A stretch of 64,000 nt of DNA from Candidatus Latescibacterota bacterium (lineage in GTDB: Bacteria; Latescibacterota; UBA2968; GCA-2709665): assembly GCA_965205485.1 (NCBI GenBank), contig OZ242180.1:2080001-2144000 (forward strand). Direction: 5' to 3'. Both the position numbers and the translations under genes were made by a program. A model generated the notes under the pieces. That model worked only from the letters and a program-made list of their open reading frames with translations. It searched no databases and was not told the DNA's origin. Below are positions 51,254 through 61,883 of this stretch, piece after piece (within the stretch, counting starts at the first letter, position 1; each line of letters starts with the position of its first letter).

Positions 51254-51392
51254 TGGTTCCTCCGTCGGATATCATGGAAAGCGGGCCGCGGGAGTCCGGC
51301 GCTTTCGGGGAATTGACCTTGACACCTGATTTGTACCTGCGTATATCATGTGCTTCCTCGCGTTCATTAATATAGTGACGATGGAGTTGTCG

Positions 51393-52316
51393 ATGTCTCC
51401 TGCCACGCCGGATGAAATCCGGAAACACTACCGGGACGCGCTGTCATCTCTGGTCGGAAAACTCGAAAAGGACCGGACCGTACTCGCTGCGATTCTGTTT
51501 GGCAGTCTGTCCTACGACGAAGTCTGGGTGAACTCGGATATCGATCTGTGGATCATCATGCAGGAGGGGGAGAAAGAAGGACATGTAACGCTCTGTGAAG
51601 ACGATGTCAACATCCAGGCGCAGCGCATTCCCCGCGGCGTCTTCAAGCGCCGGATCGAAGGCGATCTCGGCGGCGGTTGGCTGGACTTTAGTTTTTCGAA
51701 GAGCACCCTTCTTTTCACGAAAGACGATTCCGTGGCGAGATGGTACGACGCCATCGATCACATCGGAGCACGAGACCGGGCATACCAGTTGTTGAGACAC
51801 GCAAGTTTTCTGATACCTTCGCTCAACAAAGCGGAGAAGTACTTCCACCTGAAGGAGGACTTTGAATACAGCTTCTGGTGGCTCATGCAGGTTGTGCGCG
51901 AACTGGCATCGATCCAGGTGATCCTGCACAACGAAGCGCCGGGCCGGGAAGTGGTCCACCAGGCGCTCAACTACAATCCAGCATTGTTCAACGCCATCTA
52001 CACGGACTTTGTTAATCAACCGAAGACTCACGAATCCGTCAAATGCGTACTCGATATGGTCAATCACTTCCTTGAACAGCAGATCCATGTCCTCTTTCGC
52101 CCACTGCTGGACTACCTCGAGGATTCGTCTGAAGTGCGCAAACTCTCGGAAATCAGCGACTATTTCCAGAAAAAGATCCAGGGCGGCGGCCTTGAAGCGG
52201 CCTGTGAATGGCTTGTCCAGCAGGAAGTCGTCCAAAAGCTTTCCAGTCCGATCCACCTGACCGAGAAGAGCCGAATTGAAGTTGAAGAACCCGCGTATTA
52301 TTATGACGGCGAATAG
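51393..52316 (+). CDS. Pol-beta-type nucleotidyltransferase domain protein with helical C-terminal region
   Basis: LFGSLSY..VW.NSDIDL (GS...DxD motif). Confidence 0.75.
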   Translation: MSPATPDEIRKHYRDALSSLVGKLEKDRTVLAAILFGSLSYDEVWVNSDIDLWIIMQEGEKEGHVTLCEDDVNIQAQRIPRGVFKRRIEGDLGGGWLDFSFSKSTLLFTKDDSVARWYDAIDHIGARDRAYQLLRHASFLIPSLNKAEKYFHLKEDFEYSFWWLMQVVRELASIQVILHNEAPGREVVHQALNYNPALFNAIYTDFVNQPKTHESVKCVLDMVNHFLEQQIHVLFRPLLDYLEDSSEVRKLSEISDYFQKKIQGGGLEAACEWLVQQEVVQKLSSPIHLTEKSRIEVEEPAYYYDGE

Positions 52317-52450
52317 ACGAAAAAACGAATAGACGAGAATACGAGAAAACCAGCAGACGAATGATATATTCCCGCTTTTTCGTAGTTTCGTAAATTCGTA
52401 GTCTCGCAGTTTCGTTCTTTCGTAGTTTCGTTCTCTCGTAGTTTCGCTCG
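52317..52450. repeat. Octamer-periodic bipartite repeat element, copy 1
   Basis: About 6 ACGAnnnn units, core TATATTCCCGCTTTT, about 9 TCG(T)nnnn units. Confidence 0.9.
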
Positions 52451-52471
52451 GTTTTTTTTAAAAGGCCATCG

Positions 52472-55345
52472 ATGAGATCGACCATTGAGGTCAAAGGCGC
52501 CCGGGAAAACAACCTGCGGAATATCCATCTGGAAATCCCGCGCGACAAGCTGGTTGTGGTCACCGGCGTGAGCGGTTCCGGGAAATCCTCCCTCGCTTTC
52601 GATACCGTGTACGCCGAAGGACAGCGGCGATTCATGGAGTCGCTTTCCACCTTTGCCCGCCGATTCGTTTCACAACTCAGGAAGCCGGACGTCGACTTCG
52701 TGAATGGTCTCTCTCCGGTCGTCTCGATAGAACAGAAGACCGTGATGAAGAATCCCCGCTCGACCGTGGGGACGATGACGGACCTGTCGGACTATCTGCG
52801 CATGCTTTATGCTAATATCGGGCAGCCTCGTTGCCCGGTCACCGGAGAGAAAGTCAGCGTCTGGACACCGCATCAGATGATGGAACACCTGCTTGCCCTG
52901 CCCGACGGCGCGGAGATCGAAGTTCTGGCGCCGGTACTCAAGATCTACGGCGAAGATTACGCCTACCTCTTCGATGACGTTCGCACCAAGGGATACCGGC
53001 GGGTGCGCATTGACGATACGCCTCACGACCTGGGCGAGGAAATCGAACTCGATGAAGACCAGGACTACCGGATCGAAGTGATCGTGGATCGCTTTGTTGT
53101 CCGCGACGGTCTCGAGAAACAGATCGTGACGTCCCTTACGCACGGCCTCGAGGTCATTGGCGAAGGGTTCCTGAGTTTCCGCATACTCTCCGGTGTCGGC
53201 AAGCCGGGAGTGGATTCTTTCCACCGAAAACTCGGCGCTTCGTCAGCGCGCGTCGTCGCGGGACGTATGCATCACGGGATGTTTACGTTCAATGATCCCG
53301 CCGGGGCCTGCGTGACGTGCTCCGGTCTGGGCACCTATCTGAAAGCGCATCCCGATCTCGTCGCCCCCGACAAGGACCGCAGTCTGCGGGAGGGCGCGTT
53401 CGTGAAGGAAGCGCTGAAATACGATGTCAATACCTGGGGCGGGCGTATCCTCTACAGCCTGTCCAGAAAATACGGTTTTGACCTGGACACCCCCTATAAG
53501 GACCTTTCCGATGGCGTAAGGGACCTCCTTCTGTACGGAACTGGTGGCGAAAAAATCGTCATCGAACAGCCCCCGGACGCCAAGGTCGGCGCAAAATACA
53601 TCGGGCGGGAATTTCGTTACGACGGCGTCATCAATCAGATCGAACGCCAGTACCGACGATACCGACAAAAGGGTGTGGCGCACGGGGGCATGGAAGACTA
53701 TCTGCGCAAGACCATGGTCGAGAACCCCTGTCCGGACTGCGGTGGGGAGCGGTTGAAGAAACAGCGTCTTCTGGTCACGATTGACAGCCACAACATCCAC
53801 AGTCTCGGGGAAATGCATCTCCCTGAGTTGCTCACTTTTCTGAAGGAACTCGCCATCCCTTCGAAACAGAAGGAGGTGGTCTCGCAGATCGTCCACGAGA
53901 TTTCATCCCGCCTCGAACTGTTGATCGGCATCGGCCTCGATTATCTCAACCTCAACCGTCCAACCGGTACGCTCTCCGGCGGCGAGTCCCAGCGCATTCG
54001 CCTTTCCACCCAGATCGGCTCGGGGCTGATGGGCATGCTCTATGTTCTGGATGAACCCAGCATCGGCCTGCACCCCAAAGACAACGTCAAGATGATCGGT
54101 ACCATGAGACGCCTTCGAGACATCGGCAACACGGTCATCGTCGTCGAACACGACGAGGAGACCATCCGCGCTGCGGATCACATCATTGAAATGGGTCCCG
54201 GTCCCGGAGTACACGGGGGCTGCGTTGTCGCGGCAGGTCCTTTCGAGGACGTACTGTCCTGCAGCGAATCGCCGACGGCGCAGTATCTGAGCGGCGCCAG
54301 AACAATCGCCGTTCCCGCTCAACGCCGCGAGAAGAACGCCAGGGCGATTCGCATCACGGGCGCGCGGGCGAACAACCTCAATAACGTCGACGTTGAAATC
54401 CCGCTGGGAATCTTCACATGTATCACCGGCGCGTCCGGTTCGGGCAAAAGCACCCTGATTCACGAAGTACTTTACAAGAAACTATACAATCTGTTTCACG
54501 ACAGCCGGATCTTTTCCGGGGATCATGATGATCTCTCGGGTCACGAACCCGTGGGAGACGTCATCAACATCGACCAGACCGCCATCGGCCGGTCTCCAAG
54601 GTCCAATCCCGCGACGTACATTGGATTCTACGACAATATCCGAAAGTGTTTCGCATCCACCGAAGAAGCCATGGAACGTGGTTATACGGCCTCCCGATTC
54701 AGCTTCAACGTCAAAGGGGGCCGCTGCGAGGAATGCGCCGGCGAAGGCGAGATCAAGACAAGCTTCGCCTTCATGCCCGACGTTTCCATACCTTGTCCCA
54801 CCTGCAAGGGCGCACGCTACAACGACGAGACCTTGGACGTCACCTACCGGGACAAGACCATTGCCGACGTCCTGAACATGTCGATTGAAGAAGGCGTGTT
54901 ATTCTTCAAGGGGAACAACCTGATTGCCCACAAGCTTTCCGTACTCGACAACCTGGGGCTGGGCTACCTGAAAATCGGCCATCCGGCCACCATCCTCTCG
55001 GGCGGAGAGGCGCAGCGCATTAAACTCGCCAATGAACTCGGCAAGATCAAACGCGGCAGGCACAATCTCTACATCCTCGACGAGCCGACCACGGGACTTC
55101 ACCTAGCGGATATCCAGAAACTGCTCGACGCGCTCAACGGCCTCGTCGACGCCGGACACACGGTTGTTGTCATCGAACATCATCTGGATGTGATCAAGAC
55201 CGCCGACTACGTGATCGACCTCGGTCCTGAGGGCGGGCACAACGGGGGAGACGTGATTGCCACGGGTCCGCCCGAGGCGGTGGCCGCTGTCGAGCGGTCG
55301 TATACGGGACAGTTCCTCAAACCGCACCTCGAAGGGAAGTCGTAA
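52472..55345 (+). CDS. uvrA: Excinuclease ABC subunit A (possibly a divergent paralogue)
   Basis: Two ABC domains ([21 protein letters not shown] twice, LDEP twice) and CxxC zinc modules. Confidence 0.92.
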   Translation: MRSTIEVKGARENNLRNIHLEIPRDKLVVVTGVSGSGKSSLAFDTVYAEGQRRFMESLSTFARRFVSQLRKPDVDFVNGLSPVVSIEQKTVMKNPRSTVGTMTDLSDYLRMLYANIGQPRCPVTGEKVSVWTPHQMMEHLLALPDGAEIEVLAPVLKIYGEDYAYLFDDVRTKGYRRVRIDDTPHDLGEEIELDEDQDYRIEVIVDRFVVRDGLEKQIVTSLTHGLEVIGEGFLSFRILSGVGKPGVDSFHRKLGASSARVVAGRMHHGMFTFNDPAGACVTCSGLGTYLKAHPDLVAPDKDRSLREGAFVKEALKYDVNTWGGRILYSLSRKYGFDLDTPYKDLSDGVRDLLLYGTGGEKIVIEQPPDAKVGAKYIGREFRYDGVINQIERQYRRYRQKGVAHGGMEDYLRKTMVENPCPDCGGERLKKQRLLVTIDSHNIHSLGEMHLPELLTFLKELAIPSKQKEVVSQIVHEISSRLELLIGIGLDYLNLNRPTGTLSGGESQRIRLSTQIGSGLMGMLYVLDEPSIGLHPKDNVKMIGTMRRLRDIGNTVIVVEHDEETIRAADHIIEMGPGPGVHGGCVVAAGPFEDVLSCSESPTAQYLSGARTIAVPAQRREKNARAIRITGARANNLNNVDVEIPLGIFTCITGASGSGKSTLIHEVLYKKLYNLFHDSRIFSGDHDDLSGHEPVGDVINIDQTAIGRSPRSNPATYIGFYDNIRKCFASTEEAMERGYTASRFSFNVKGGRCEECAGEGEIKTSFAFMPDVSIPCPTCKGARYNDETLDVTYRDKTIADVLNMSIEEGVLFFKGNNLIAHKLSVLDNLGLGYLKIGHPATILSGGEAQRIKLANELGKIKRGRHNLYILDEPTTGLHLADIQKLLDALNGLVDAGHTVVVIEHHLDVIKTADYVIDLGPEGGHNGGDVIATGPPEAVAAVERSYTGQFLKPHLEGKS

Positions 55346-55358
55346 CGCTCGCCTTTAG

Positions 55359-55504
55359 CAGCCCGTTGAAAAAGCCCATCCGGTCTACGGCCGGCCCTTG
55401 CGGTCGAAATACTGCGTTGCGCTCCCTCGCCGAATCGAGGGATGGGACTCGGTCGCGCGCCTTGTCTTCGGCCTCGCCTGCAGAGCGACTTTATCAACGG
55501 ACTG
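55359..55504. mobile_element. MITE family A copy (146 bp)
   Basis: CAGCCCGTTGA...TCAACGGACTG; flanks TTAG/TTAT. Confidence 0.9.
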
Positions 55505-55506
55505 TT

Positions 55507-56295
55507 ATGAGACCCCACGAGATTGCGCGACGATTAATGGCGATCAGGCAGAGGGAACTCGATTGCGTTCCACGCGATTCGAGGATCCAGGTACCCTCTG
55601 ATACCGCCGTCGTCACACTCGATCCTCCTTCCGCCTCATTGCCCTATCCATCGGCAAATCGGAATGGCGTAGCATTCTTCGGATGCGGGAGGCGTGTTTC
55701 CAGGTCCGATTTACTGGAAATCCTGGACGTATTCAGCGAATCGAAGGTCCAACGGTTTTTCTTCTGGATGAGTCCGAACCCGCAGGAAGAGGAAATAACC
55801 GGGTGGTTGGGGGACAACGGTCTCAAACCGTTTAAAGGAACCACGTATCCCACGCTGATTCGTCCCGCTGAAAGCGTGGAACCGTTTCCGACCGGCCTGG
55901 CCGTGCGTCGGGTATCAGGACGCGAGGTCGAAAGGCGGAAAGATGCGATTCTCCGCATATTCGAGCCCTGGCCGTGTTCATTCTTCTTCCAATGTGTCGA
56001 TCGGGGCGGATTCGACCATTTCCTGGCATATGACGGCGATACGCCTGTCAGCGCCGCGATACTGGCCCGCCATGGAGATTTCGCCTATCTGGGATGGGCA
56101 GGGACCGCGGAGGCGCACAGAGGAAAGGGCGGCCAGAATGCGCTGATCCGAGCCCGGCTGAATCGCGCCGCGGAACTGGGATGCCGGGTGGCCTGCAGCG
56201 AGACCCTGACGATGCTGAAGACATCGCTTGGAAATCTCGAACGCAACGGATTTGAGATCGCCTACTACAAGAAAGTCTATGTTTGGGAGGGCTGA
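55507..56295 (+). CDS. GNAT family N-acetyltransferase
   Basis: AYLGWAGT..AHRGKGGQNALI..R...A...G acetyl-CoA-binding motif A. Confidence 0.85.
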   Translation: MRPHEIARRLMAIRQRELDCVPRDSRIQVPSDTAVVTLDPPSASLPYPSANRNGVAFFGCGRRVSRSDLLEILDVFSESKVQRFFFWMSPNPQEEEITGWLGDNGLKPFKGTTYPTLIRPAESVEPFPTGLAVRRVSGREVERRKDAILRIFEPWPCSFFFQCVDRGGFDHFLAYDGDTPVSAAILARHGDFAYLGWAGTAEAHRGKGGQNALIRARLNRAAELGCRVACSETLTMLKTSLGNLERNGFEIAYYKKVYVWEG

Positions 56296-56400
56296 AATCC
56301 AGTGTCCCTTCCCGGAAACAGGACACCATTCTTCCAACGATTCATCACGTCACGCTACGTCCAGGTTCGTTCAGCATGTTCTAATTCGCTCCCCGAAACG

Positions 56401-56533
56401 TGGTCATTGAGCTTGTCGAAATGCCCGCGTTTCGTTATCCGTCAGGTGCCAATAGACATCCCTTCACCGACCCTTCGACAAGCTCAGGGAGCGGTTCAGG
56501 GCTCAGGCGCAGGTTCCTGAGCCTATTAGAGGG
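56401..56533. repeat. REP-like palindromic repeat cluster
   Basis: TGAGCTTGTCGAA (56408-56420) inverted with TTCGACAAGCTCA (56474-56486); second hairpin GGCTCAGG/CCTGAGCC. Confidence 0.7.
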
Positions 56534-56605
56534 ATGCCAGCCGGGTACCTCGGCGGCCGAATTCAGGCAATCCATCTGCATAACAGAACGTCCAGGAGGC
56601 CGATT

Positions 56606-57034
56606 ATGTCACAAGCACCCGCGGGTTACCACACAGTTACCCCGTATCTTGTCGTTGACGATATAGAAGCGCTCATTTACTTCCTGAAGGACGCATTCGG
56701 GGCCGAAGAGAGTGAACGCGTTCCCGGTCCGGACGGGGTCACCAGGCATGCCGAGGTCCGAATTGGGGATTCGGTTGTCATGATGGGCGCCGCTCAAGAG
56801 GGGTATCCGGCCATGCCGGCCGCGCTTTATATGTACGTCGAAGATACCGACGCGACCTACGCATCCGCGCTCGGCGCCGGTGCGGAATCAATCATGGAGC
56901 CCGCGGACCAGTTCTACGGGGACCGGAACGCCGGCGTCAGGGACAGCCAGGGCAACACCTGGTGGATCGCCACGCGCGTTGAGGACCTGACCCGCGAGGA
57001 GCTCCGCAAACGGGCGCAGACCGCGCAACACTGA
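56606..57034 (+). CDS. VOC/glyoxalase/bleomycin-resistance family protein (PhnB-like)
   Basis: GYHTVTPYL, HAEVRIGDS.VM, DQFYGDR..GVRD..GN.W. Confidence 0.9.
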   Translation: MSQAPAGYHTVTPYLVVDDIEALIYFLKDAFGAEESERVPGPDGVTRHAEVRIGDSVVMMGAAQEGYPAMPAALYMYVEDTDATYASALGAGAESIMEPADQFYGDRNAGVRDSQGNTWWIATRVEDLTREELRKRAQTAQH

Positions 57035-57042
57035 GTTCGAAG

Positions 57043-59418
57043 ATTCTATACAACTTTCTCAAAGTCGCGGTTCGTAACGCGATCCGCAACAGGACCCACA
57101 CCGCGATCAGCGTTGCCAGTCTGGTGATCGGATTGACCTGTGCCGTGCTCATTGTGGTGTATATCCGCTATGAGATGAGCTACGACGCCTATCGTCCTCA
57201 TGCAGACCGGGTTTTCCGCGTCATGCAAAAGGATGTAGACCAGCGTGGCCGTGTTCGATGGCAGAGCGCGCTGCCGGCAAAGATCGCGGTGAGCCTGCGC
57301 AACGACTATCCCCAGGTGGAGGACGTCGTCCAATACCGCCAGATCAGTTCCTGGTTCCGCGCCGAAGGCCGGATATTTCGCCAGCGGCTCTGTCCCGTCG
57401 ACGGCGACGCTCTCGGCTTTTTCGGGCTCGACGTCATACACGGAGACGCCGCCTCGCTTTCCCGCGAGGACGCCTCCGTCGTGCTGACCAGGAACGTCGC
57501 GGAAAAACTCTTTGGGGACGCGGAGCCCGTGGGCAGGACCGTGGAAGTTCAGCGCGAGACCCACTTTCAGTCGTTCACTGTCATCGCAGTAATGGAGGAT
57601 CTTCCCACCAATACGCGCTTCGAGTTCGACAGCGTCACGCGCTTTGCCTCGGACATCTGGGCGATCCGGGCGGCGCCGATCTTTATTCGTCTGCAACCGG
57701 ACGCGGACGTGGCGACGGTGGAGCGGGCGCTTGCCGCTCAGTTTCCCACGGCTTCCGGCCGCGCGACGTACCGGCTCCAGCCCATGCCGCGCATCCACCT
57801 GTATTCCAAAGTCGACCTGGAGGGTTTCAAGGGAGACTCGGGGATGTTGTACGGCGACGTTCGCGATCTCTATCCGCTATCGGCGCTGGGTCTCGGAATC
57901 CTCATCATCGCGTGTATCAACTTCATGAATCTGGCCACCGCGCGCTCGGCCCTGCGCGCCCGCGAGACCGGCCTGCGCAAAGTCGCCGGCGCCCATCGCG
58001 AAGGCCTGATCAGCCAGTTCCTTTGCGAGTCCCTCCTGGTTACCCTTGTCGCGCTGCCGTTGTCCATCGGATTGACGAGGGCGCTTCTGCCCCAGTTCTC
58101 AGCTCTGATGGGCAAACCGCTTGTCTTCGACGTCGTCGAGCAGATTCACTGGATTCTGGGTGTTGCCGCGATCACCGGCCTTGTGTCCGGAATCTATCCG
58201 GGCTTTTATCTGTCGGCCCAGCAACCGGCAGACGCATTCAGAGGCCTGCGCAAGGGGCTGCCCCGGGATCTCTGGGTGCGCCGGACCCTGGTGATTCTGC
58301 AGTTCGGGGCATCCACAGTCCTCATTGCGACCACGCTCGTCGTCTACCTGCAGATGGACCTCGTGCGGAAGCGAGACCTGGGATTCAGCCGGAACGGGAT
58401 CCTGGTCGTCAAGATCTTCGGACCAGACGCCGAACGACTGCCCCTGAACAGCCGCTACAACACGGTCAAACAGCGGTTTCTGTCTCATCCGGACATCATA
58501 TCGGCGGCCGCGAGCCTGGACCTGCCGGGGCACAGCTGGCCCAAACGACGCTTCGTATCCCCCGTCGATTCGCCCGATCGGGAGTTTGAAGCGCGGGTAT
58601 TTCGAGCGAATGAGGACTTCCTCGATTGTTACGGTATTCCGATACTGGAGGGACGGCCTTTCTCGCGGGATTACGCCGAACGGTCAATTGGCGGTGTCGA
58701 AGGGACGGAGGTTCTGATAAACGAGACGGCGGCGGAGAAATTCGGCTGGATCCGGCCCGTCGGGCAGGCGTTCCTGCTGAACAAGCGAGCCGCAAGGGTC
58801 GTGGGGATGGTCCGGGACTTTCACGTGCGGTCTCTGAGAGAACCCATGGTCCCCCTGGTGATATCGGCGGCGGGATCGAATCTGAAATATCTGCATCTGA
58901 AGATCAAGGAGGATCGAGAGCAGGAAGCGCTTTCGGACATAAGGGAGATCTGGTCTAAACTGGTCCCGACGATCCCTTTCGAGAGCTTCTTCATCGACGA
59001 CTACGTGGAATCAAAGTACAGTCATGAATACCGCCAGGGGACGCTGGTCGTCCGTTCTGCAGTAGTCGCCATCCTCCTGGCGTGTCTGGGAGTCGCCGGG
59101 TTGGCCGCATTCGCCGCCGAGCGGCGCACCCGCGAGATCGCGATTCGCAAAGTGCTGGGCGCTTCGGAAGGCCATCTCCTGCTGCGGGTTGCCAGGGAAT
59201 TCCCGATGCTCGCACTCCTGGCGGGGGCGGCCGCGTGTCCGTTTGCCTACCTGTTGGCACGGGACTGGCTGCGGAATTTTGCATACCGGATCGATCTCAC
59301 GGTCTGGCCGTTCCTTCTCAGTGTGAAGGTCACGCTCCTGATCGCCGTCATAACGGTCGTTCGATTCGCCCGACAGGCGGCCCGTACCAACCCCGTCGAT
59401 GTCTTGAGCCAGGAATAA
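57043..59418 (+). CDS. MacB/FtsX-type ABC transporter permease (probable ATT start)
   Basis: (M)LYNFLKVAVRN..; ACINFMNLATARS..RARE.G.RK..GA; ERRTREIAIRKVLGAS; NPVDVL.QE. Confidence 0.88.
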   Translation: MLYNFLKVAVRNAIRNRTHTAISVASLVIGLTCAVLIVVYIRYEMSYDAYRPHADRVFRVMQKDVDQRGRVRWQSALPAKIAVSLRNDYPQVEDVVQYRQISSWFRAEGRIFRQRLCPVDGDALGFFGLDVIHGDAASLSREDASVVLTRNVAEKLFGDAEPVGRTVEVQRETHFQSFTVIAVMEDLPTNTRFEFDSVTRFASDIWAIRAAPIFIRLQPDADVATVERALAAQFPTASGRATYRLQPMPRIHLYSKVDLEGFKGDSGMLYGDVRDLYPLSALGLGILIIACINFMNLATARSALRARETGLRKVAGAHREGLISQFLCESLLVTLVALPLSIGLTRALLPQFSALMGKPLVFDVVEQIHWILGVAAITGLVSGIYPGFYLSAQQPADAFRGLRKGLPRDLWVRRTLVILQFGASTVLIATTLVVYLQMDLVRKRDLGFSRNGILVVKIFGPDAERLPLNSRYNTVKQRFLSHPDIISAAASLDLPGHSWPKRRFVSPVDSPDREFEARVFRANEDFLDCYGIPILEGRPFSRDYAERSIGGVEGTEVLINETAAEKFGWIRPVGQAFLLNKRAARVVGMVRDFHVRSLREPMVPLVISAAGSNLKYLHLKIKEDREQEALSDIREIWSKLVPTIPFESFFIDDYVESKYSHEYRQGTLVVRSAVVAILLACLGVAGLAAFAAERRTREIAIRKVLGASEGHLLLRVAREFPMLALLAGAAACPFAYLLARDWLRNFAYRIDLTVWPFLLSVKVTLLIAVITVVRFARQAARTNPVDVLSQE

Positions 59419-59421
59419 GGC

Positions 59422-61815
59422 ATTCTACGCAACTTTCTCACAGTCGCCATCCGGCACATCATTCGCCAACGTTTATATACGCTTGCCAATCTCCTCGGAT
59501 TGAGCGTTGGTCTGGCGTGCATGCTCCTGACGTGGCTCTACGTCGTCCACGAAACCAGCTTCGACACGTTTCGCCCCGGGGCCGATCGCACCTATCGGGT
59601 ATTGCGGCAACTGACCACGCCCTACAAAATGGATTTCCAGATTGAGGCTCATGCTGCGCTCACACCCGAAATGGTCGAATCCATCGCCGAAATCGAATCT
59701 GCCAACCGCATACGCCCGGGCCATCGGTGGGTGCAATACCGCCAGTTTGCGCAACGCCGCGCGTTCTGGTATACCGATCCCAACTACCTCGTATTCTGGG
59801 GGATCAAGTTAACGCGTGGCGATCTCCACAAGGCTCTCAGGCAACCCGGCGGTGTGGTCCTCTCGAAAGCGGCCGTTGCCGAATTCTTCCCGACCGGCGA
59901 AGACCCGATGGGCAAGGTGCTCAAAGGTCAGTGGGGCGATTACGTTGTCACCGGAATTCTGGAAGAGCAGCCGCGCAACACGCATTTCAATCCCCACTTT
60001 GTAACCGCAACCCTGCCGGCAAGCGTCCGGGATGCCTGGTCCAACTGGGAACTCCGCACCTCATTTCGGTGGGTACAGACCTTTGTCCGTCTGCAAGAGG
60101 ATGCCGACCCGGAGCGAACCGAACAGAAATTGCGTGCGCTTTCCATACCCGAAGAGAACCCGGAAAACACGACCAGCCATCGCCTTCAATCGCTCTTGCG
60201 TACGCGTCTCTATGGACATGAAGATTTCCCGGAAGGCATCAGTGGTCCGGGCACCGGCATTGGCGCCGGCGATCTCAAGGCGGTTCGCTCCGTCGCGTCC
60301 ATTGGCATGCTCGCCTTATTCGTCGCCTGTATCAACTTCGTCAATCTCTCCACCGCGCGCGCGGCCCTTCGGGCCAGGGAAGTGGGTATGCGAAAGGTCG
60401 TTGGCGCAGGTCAGCGGCAGTTGGCATGCCAATTTCTCCTCGAGTCCGTCCTGCTCACCGTTCTCGCACTGCCCCTGTCCCTTGTTCTCACGGGCATGAC
60501 CGGGCCGTACTGGCAACATATCGTGGGACAAACGGATACGCTCTCTGCATTTTTGGAGCCGCAAATGGCGGTTTTACTCGTGGCCGCAACGGTTCTGGTC
60601 GGTCTGTTCTCGGGCGTCTATCCAGCCTTTCTTCTCAGCCGGGTCTCCCCCATTGCCGCACTGCACAGCCAATCCCCCACGGGGTCAGGCGGTTCGTTGC
60701 CGCGCAGGGTTTTCATGATCCTTCAGTTTGCCGTCTCCGTTTTTCTCGTTTACGTCGCGCTTGTCGCCTTTGTCCAGCTCGACCATGTCCTGAAGAAAGA
60801 TCTGGGGTTCAAAAAAGAAAACATCCTGGCGCTCCGCATCTTCGACGTCGACCGATCGCTGAGAAACTCATACAACGAAGTGAAACAGCGCTTTCTCGAA
60901 CATCCCAATGTGCTCGCGGCAACCGCATCCGCCAGCCTTCCAGGCGAGGGCTGGACGAGCAGAAAAGAAATGGCCGTGGATCCATCGGGCGCTGTCTTTG
61001 AGATACGGCAGTACGCCATTGACGAAGATCTATTCCCCATGATCGGCGTCAGCCTCGTTGCGGGGCGCAATTTTTCCGCTGACATCAAGAGTGATTTTGA
61101 GAGCGCAACTATCCTGAACGAGACAGCGGTGGAGAAACTCGGACTTGAAAATCCGGTTGGAAAACCGTTCAAACTGCTCGATAATGAGGGCTGGATCATC
61201 GGCGTCGTAGAGGACTTTCACATGCGCCGGTTGACCGAAAGACTCCACGCCAATGCCTTTGTTCTGCGCCCGCGTTCCTTTCGGGTGGTCAACCTGCGGC
61301 TCGCCGCCGGAAACATCGGCGAAACCATGCGGGGCCTCGAAGAAATCTGGAAGACCTATATTCCGGTTCGTCCATTCATGTATGCGTTTCTCGATGACCG
61401 GCTGGAGATCAACTACGGCAAATACCTGCGATTCCAACGCATTTTTGCCGTTGGATTCGGAGTCTCGTTTCTCATCGCATCCATCGGCCTGCTTGGCCTT
61501 GCAGCCCACACGTGCGAACGCCGCCGAAAAGAGATTGGCATTCGCAAGGTCTTCGGCGCATCCATTGGCAAAATCGCGATCCTGTTGGGCGCCGAATTCA
61601 CAAAGCTGGTGCTTGTCGCCAATCTCATTGCGTGGCCGTTTGCTTATGTCCTCATGCAAGACTGGCTGCAAGATTTCGCTTATCGAGCGAACATGGGCCC
61701 GTTCCCCTTTCTCTTCACGGCATTGGGATCTGTTATCGCCACGTTGCTGGTTGTCGGATTCCAGTGCTTTAGAGCCTCCAATGCCAATCCCATAGAGGCT
61801 CTGCGCCACGAATAA
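59422..61815 (+). CDS. MacB/FtsX-type ABC transporter permease (probable ATT start)
   Basis: (M)LRNFLTVAIRH..; ACINFVNLSTAR; ERRRKEIGIRKVFGAS; NPIEALRHE. Confidence 0.88.
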   Translation: MLRNFLTVAIRHIIRQRLYTLANLLGLSVGLACMLLTWLYVVHETSFDTFRPGADRTYRVLRQLTTPYKMDFQIEAHAALTPEMVESIAEIESANRIRPGHRWVQYRQFAQRRAFWYTDPNYLVFWGIKLTRGDLHKALRQPGGVVLSKAAVAEFFPTGEDPMGKVLKGQWGDYVVTGILEEQPRNTHFNPHFVTATLPASVRDAWSNWELRTSFRWVQTFVRLQEDADPERTEQKLRALSIPEENPENTTSHRLQSLLRTRLYGHEDFPEGISGPGTGIGAGDLKAVRSVASIGMLALFVACINFVNLSTARAALRAREVGMRKVVGAGQRQLACQFLLESVLLTVLALPLSLVLTGMTGPYWQHIVGQTDTLSAFLEPQMAVLLVAATVLVGLFSGVYPAFLLSRVSPIAALHSQSPTGSGGSLPRRVFMILQFAVSVFLVYVALVAFVQLDHVLKKDLGFKKENILALRIFDVDRSLRNSYNEVKQRFLEHPNVLAATASASLPGEGWTSRKEMAVDPSGAVFEIRQYAIDEDLFPMIGVSLVAGRNFSADIKSDFESATILNETAVEKLGLENPVGKPFKLLDNEGWIIGVVEDFHMRRLTERLHANAFVLRPRSFRVVNLRLAAGNIGETMRGLEEIWKTYIPVRPFMYAFLDDRLEINYGKYLRFQRIFAVGFGVSFLIASIGLLGLAAHTCERRRKEIGIRKVFGASIGKIAILLGAEFTKLVLVANLIAWPFAYVLMQDWLQDFAYRANMGPFPFLFTALGSVIATLLVVGFQCFRASNANPIEALRHE

Positions 61816-61883
61816 CAGTACAGCAGGATTGACCGCAATCCGAAAAAAGACGCCAGTCAAATCGGCCACAAAAGCCTGAATGA

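Noticed and set aside
52317..52450. CRISPR array interpretation of the octamer repeats (also 62705-62974)
   Set aside because: Units are 8 nt with no unique spacers, and there are no cas genes in the window.
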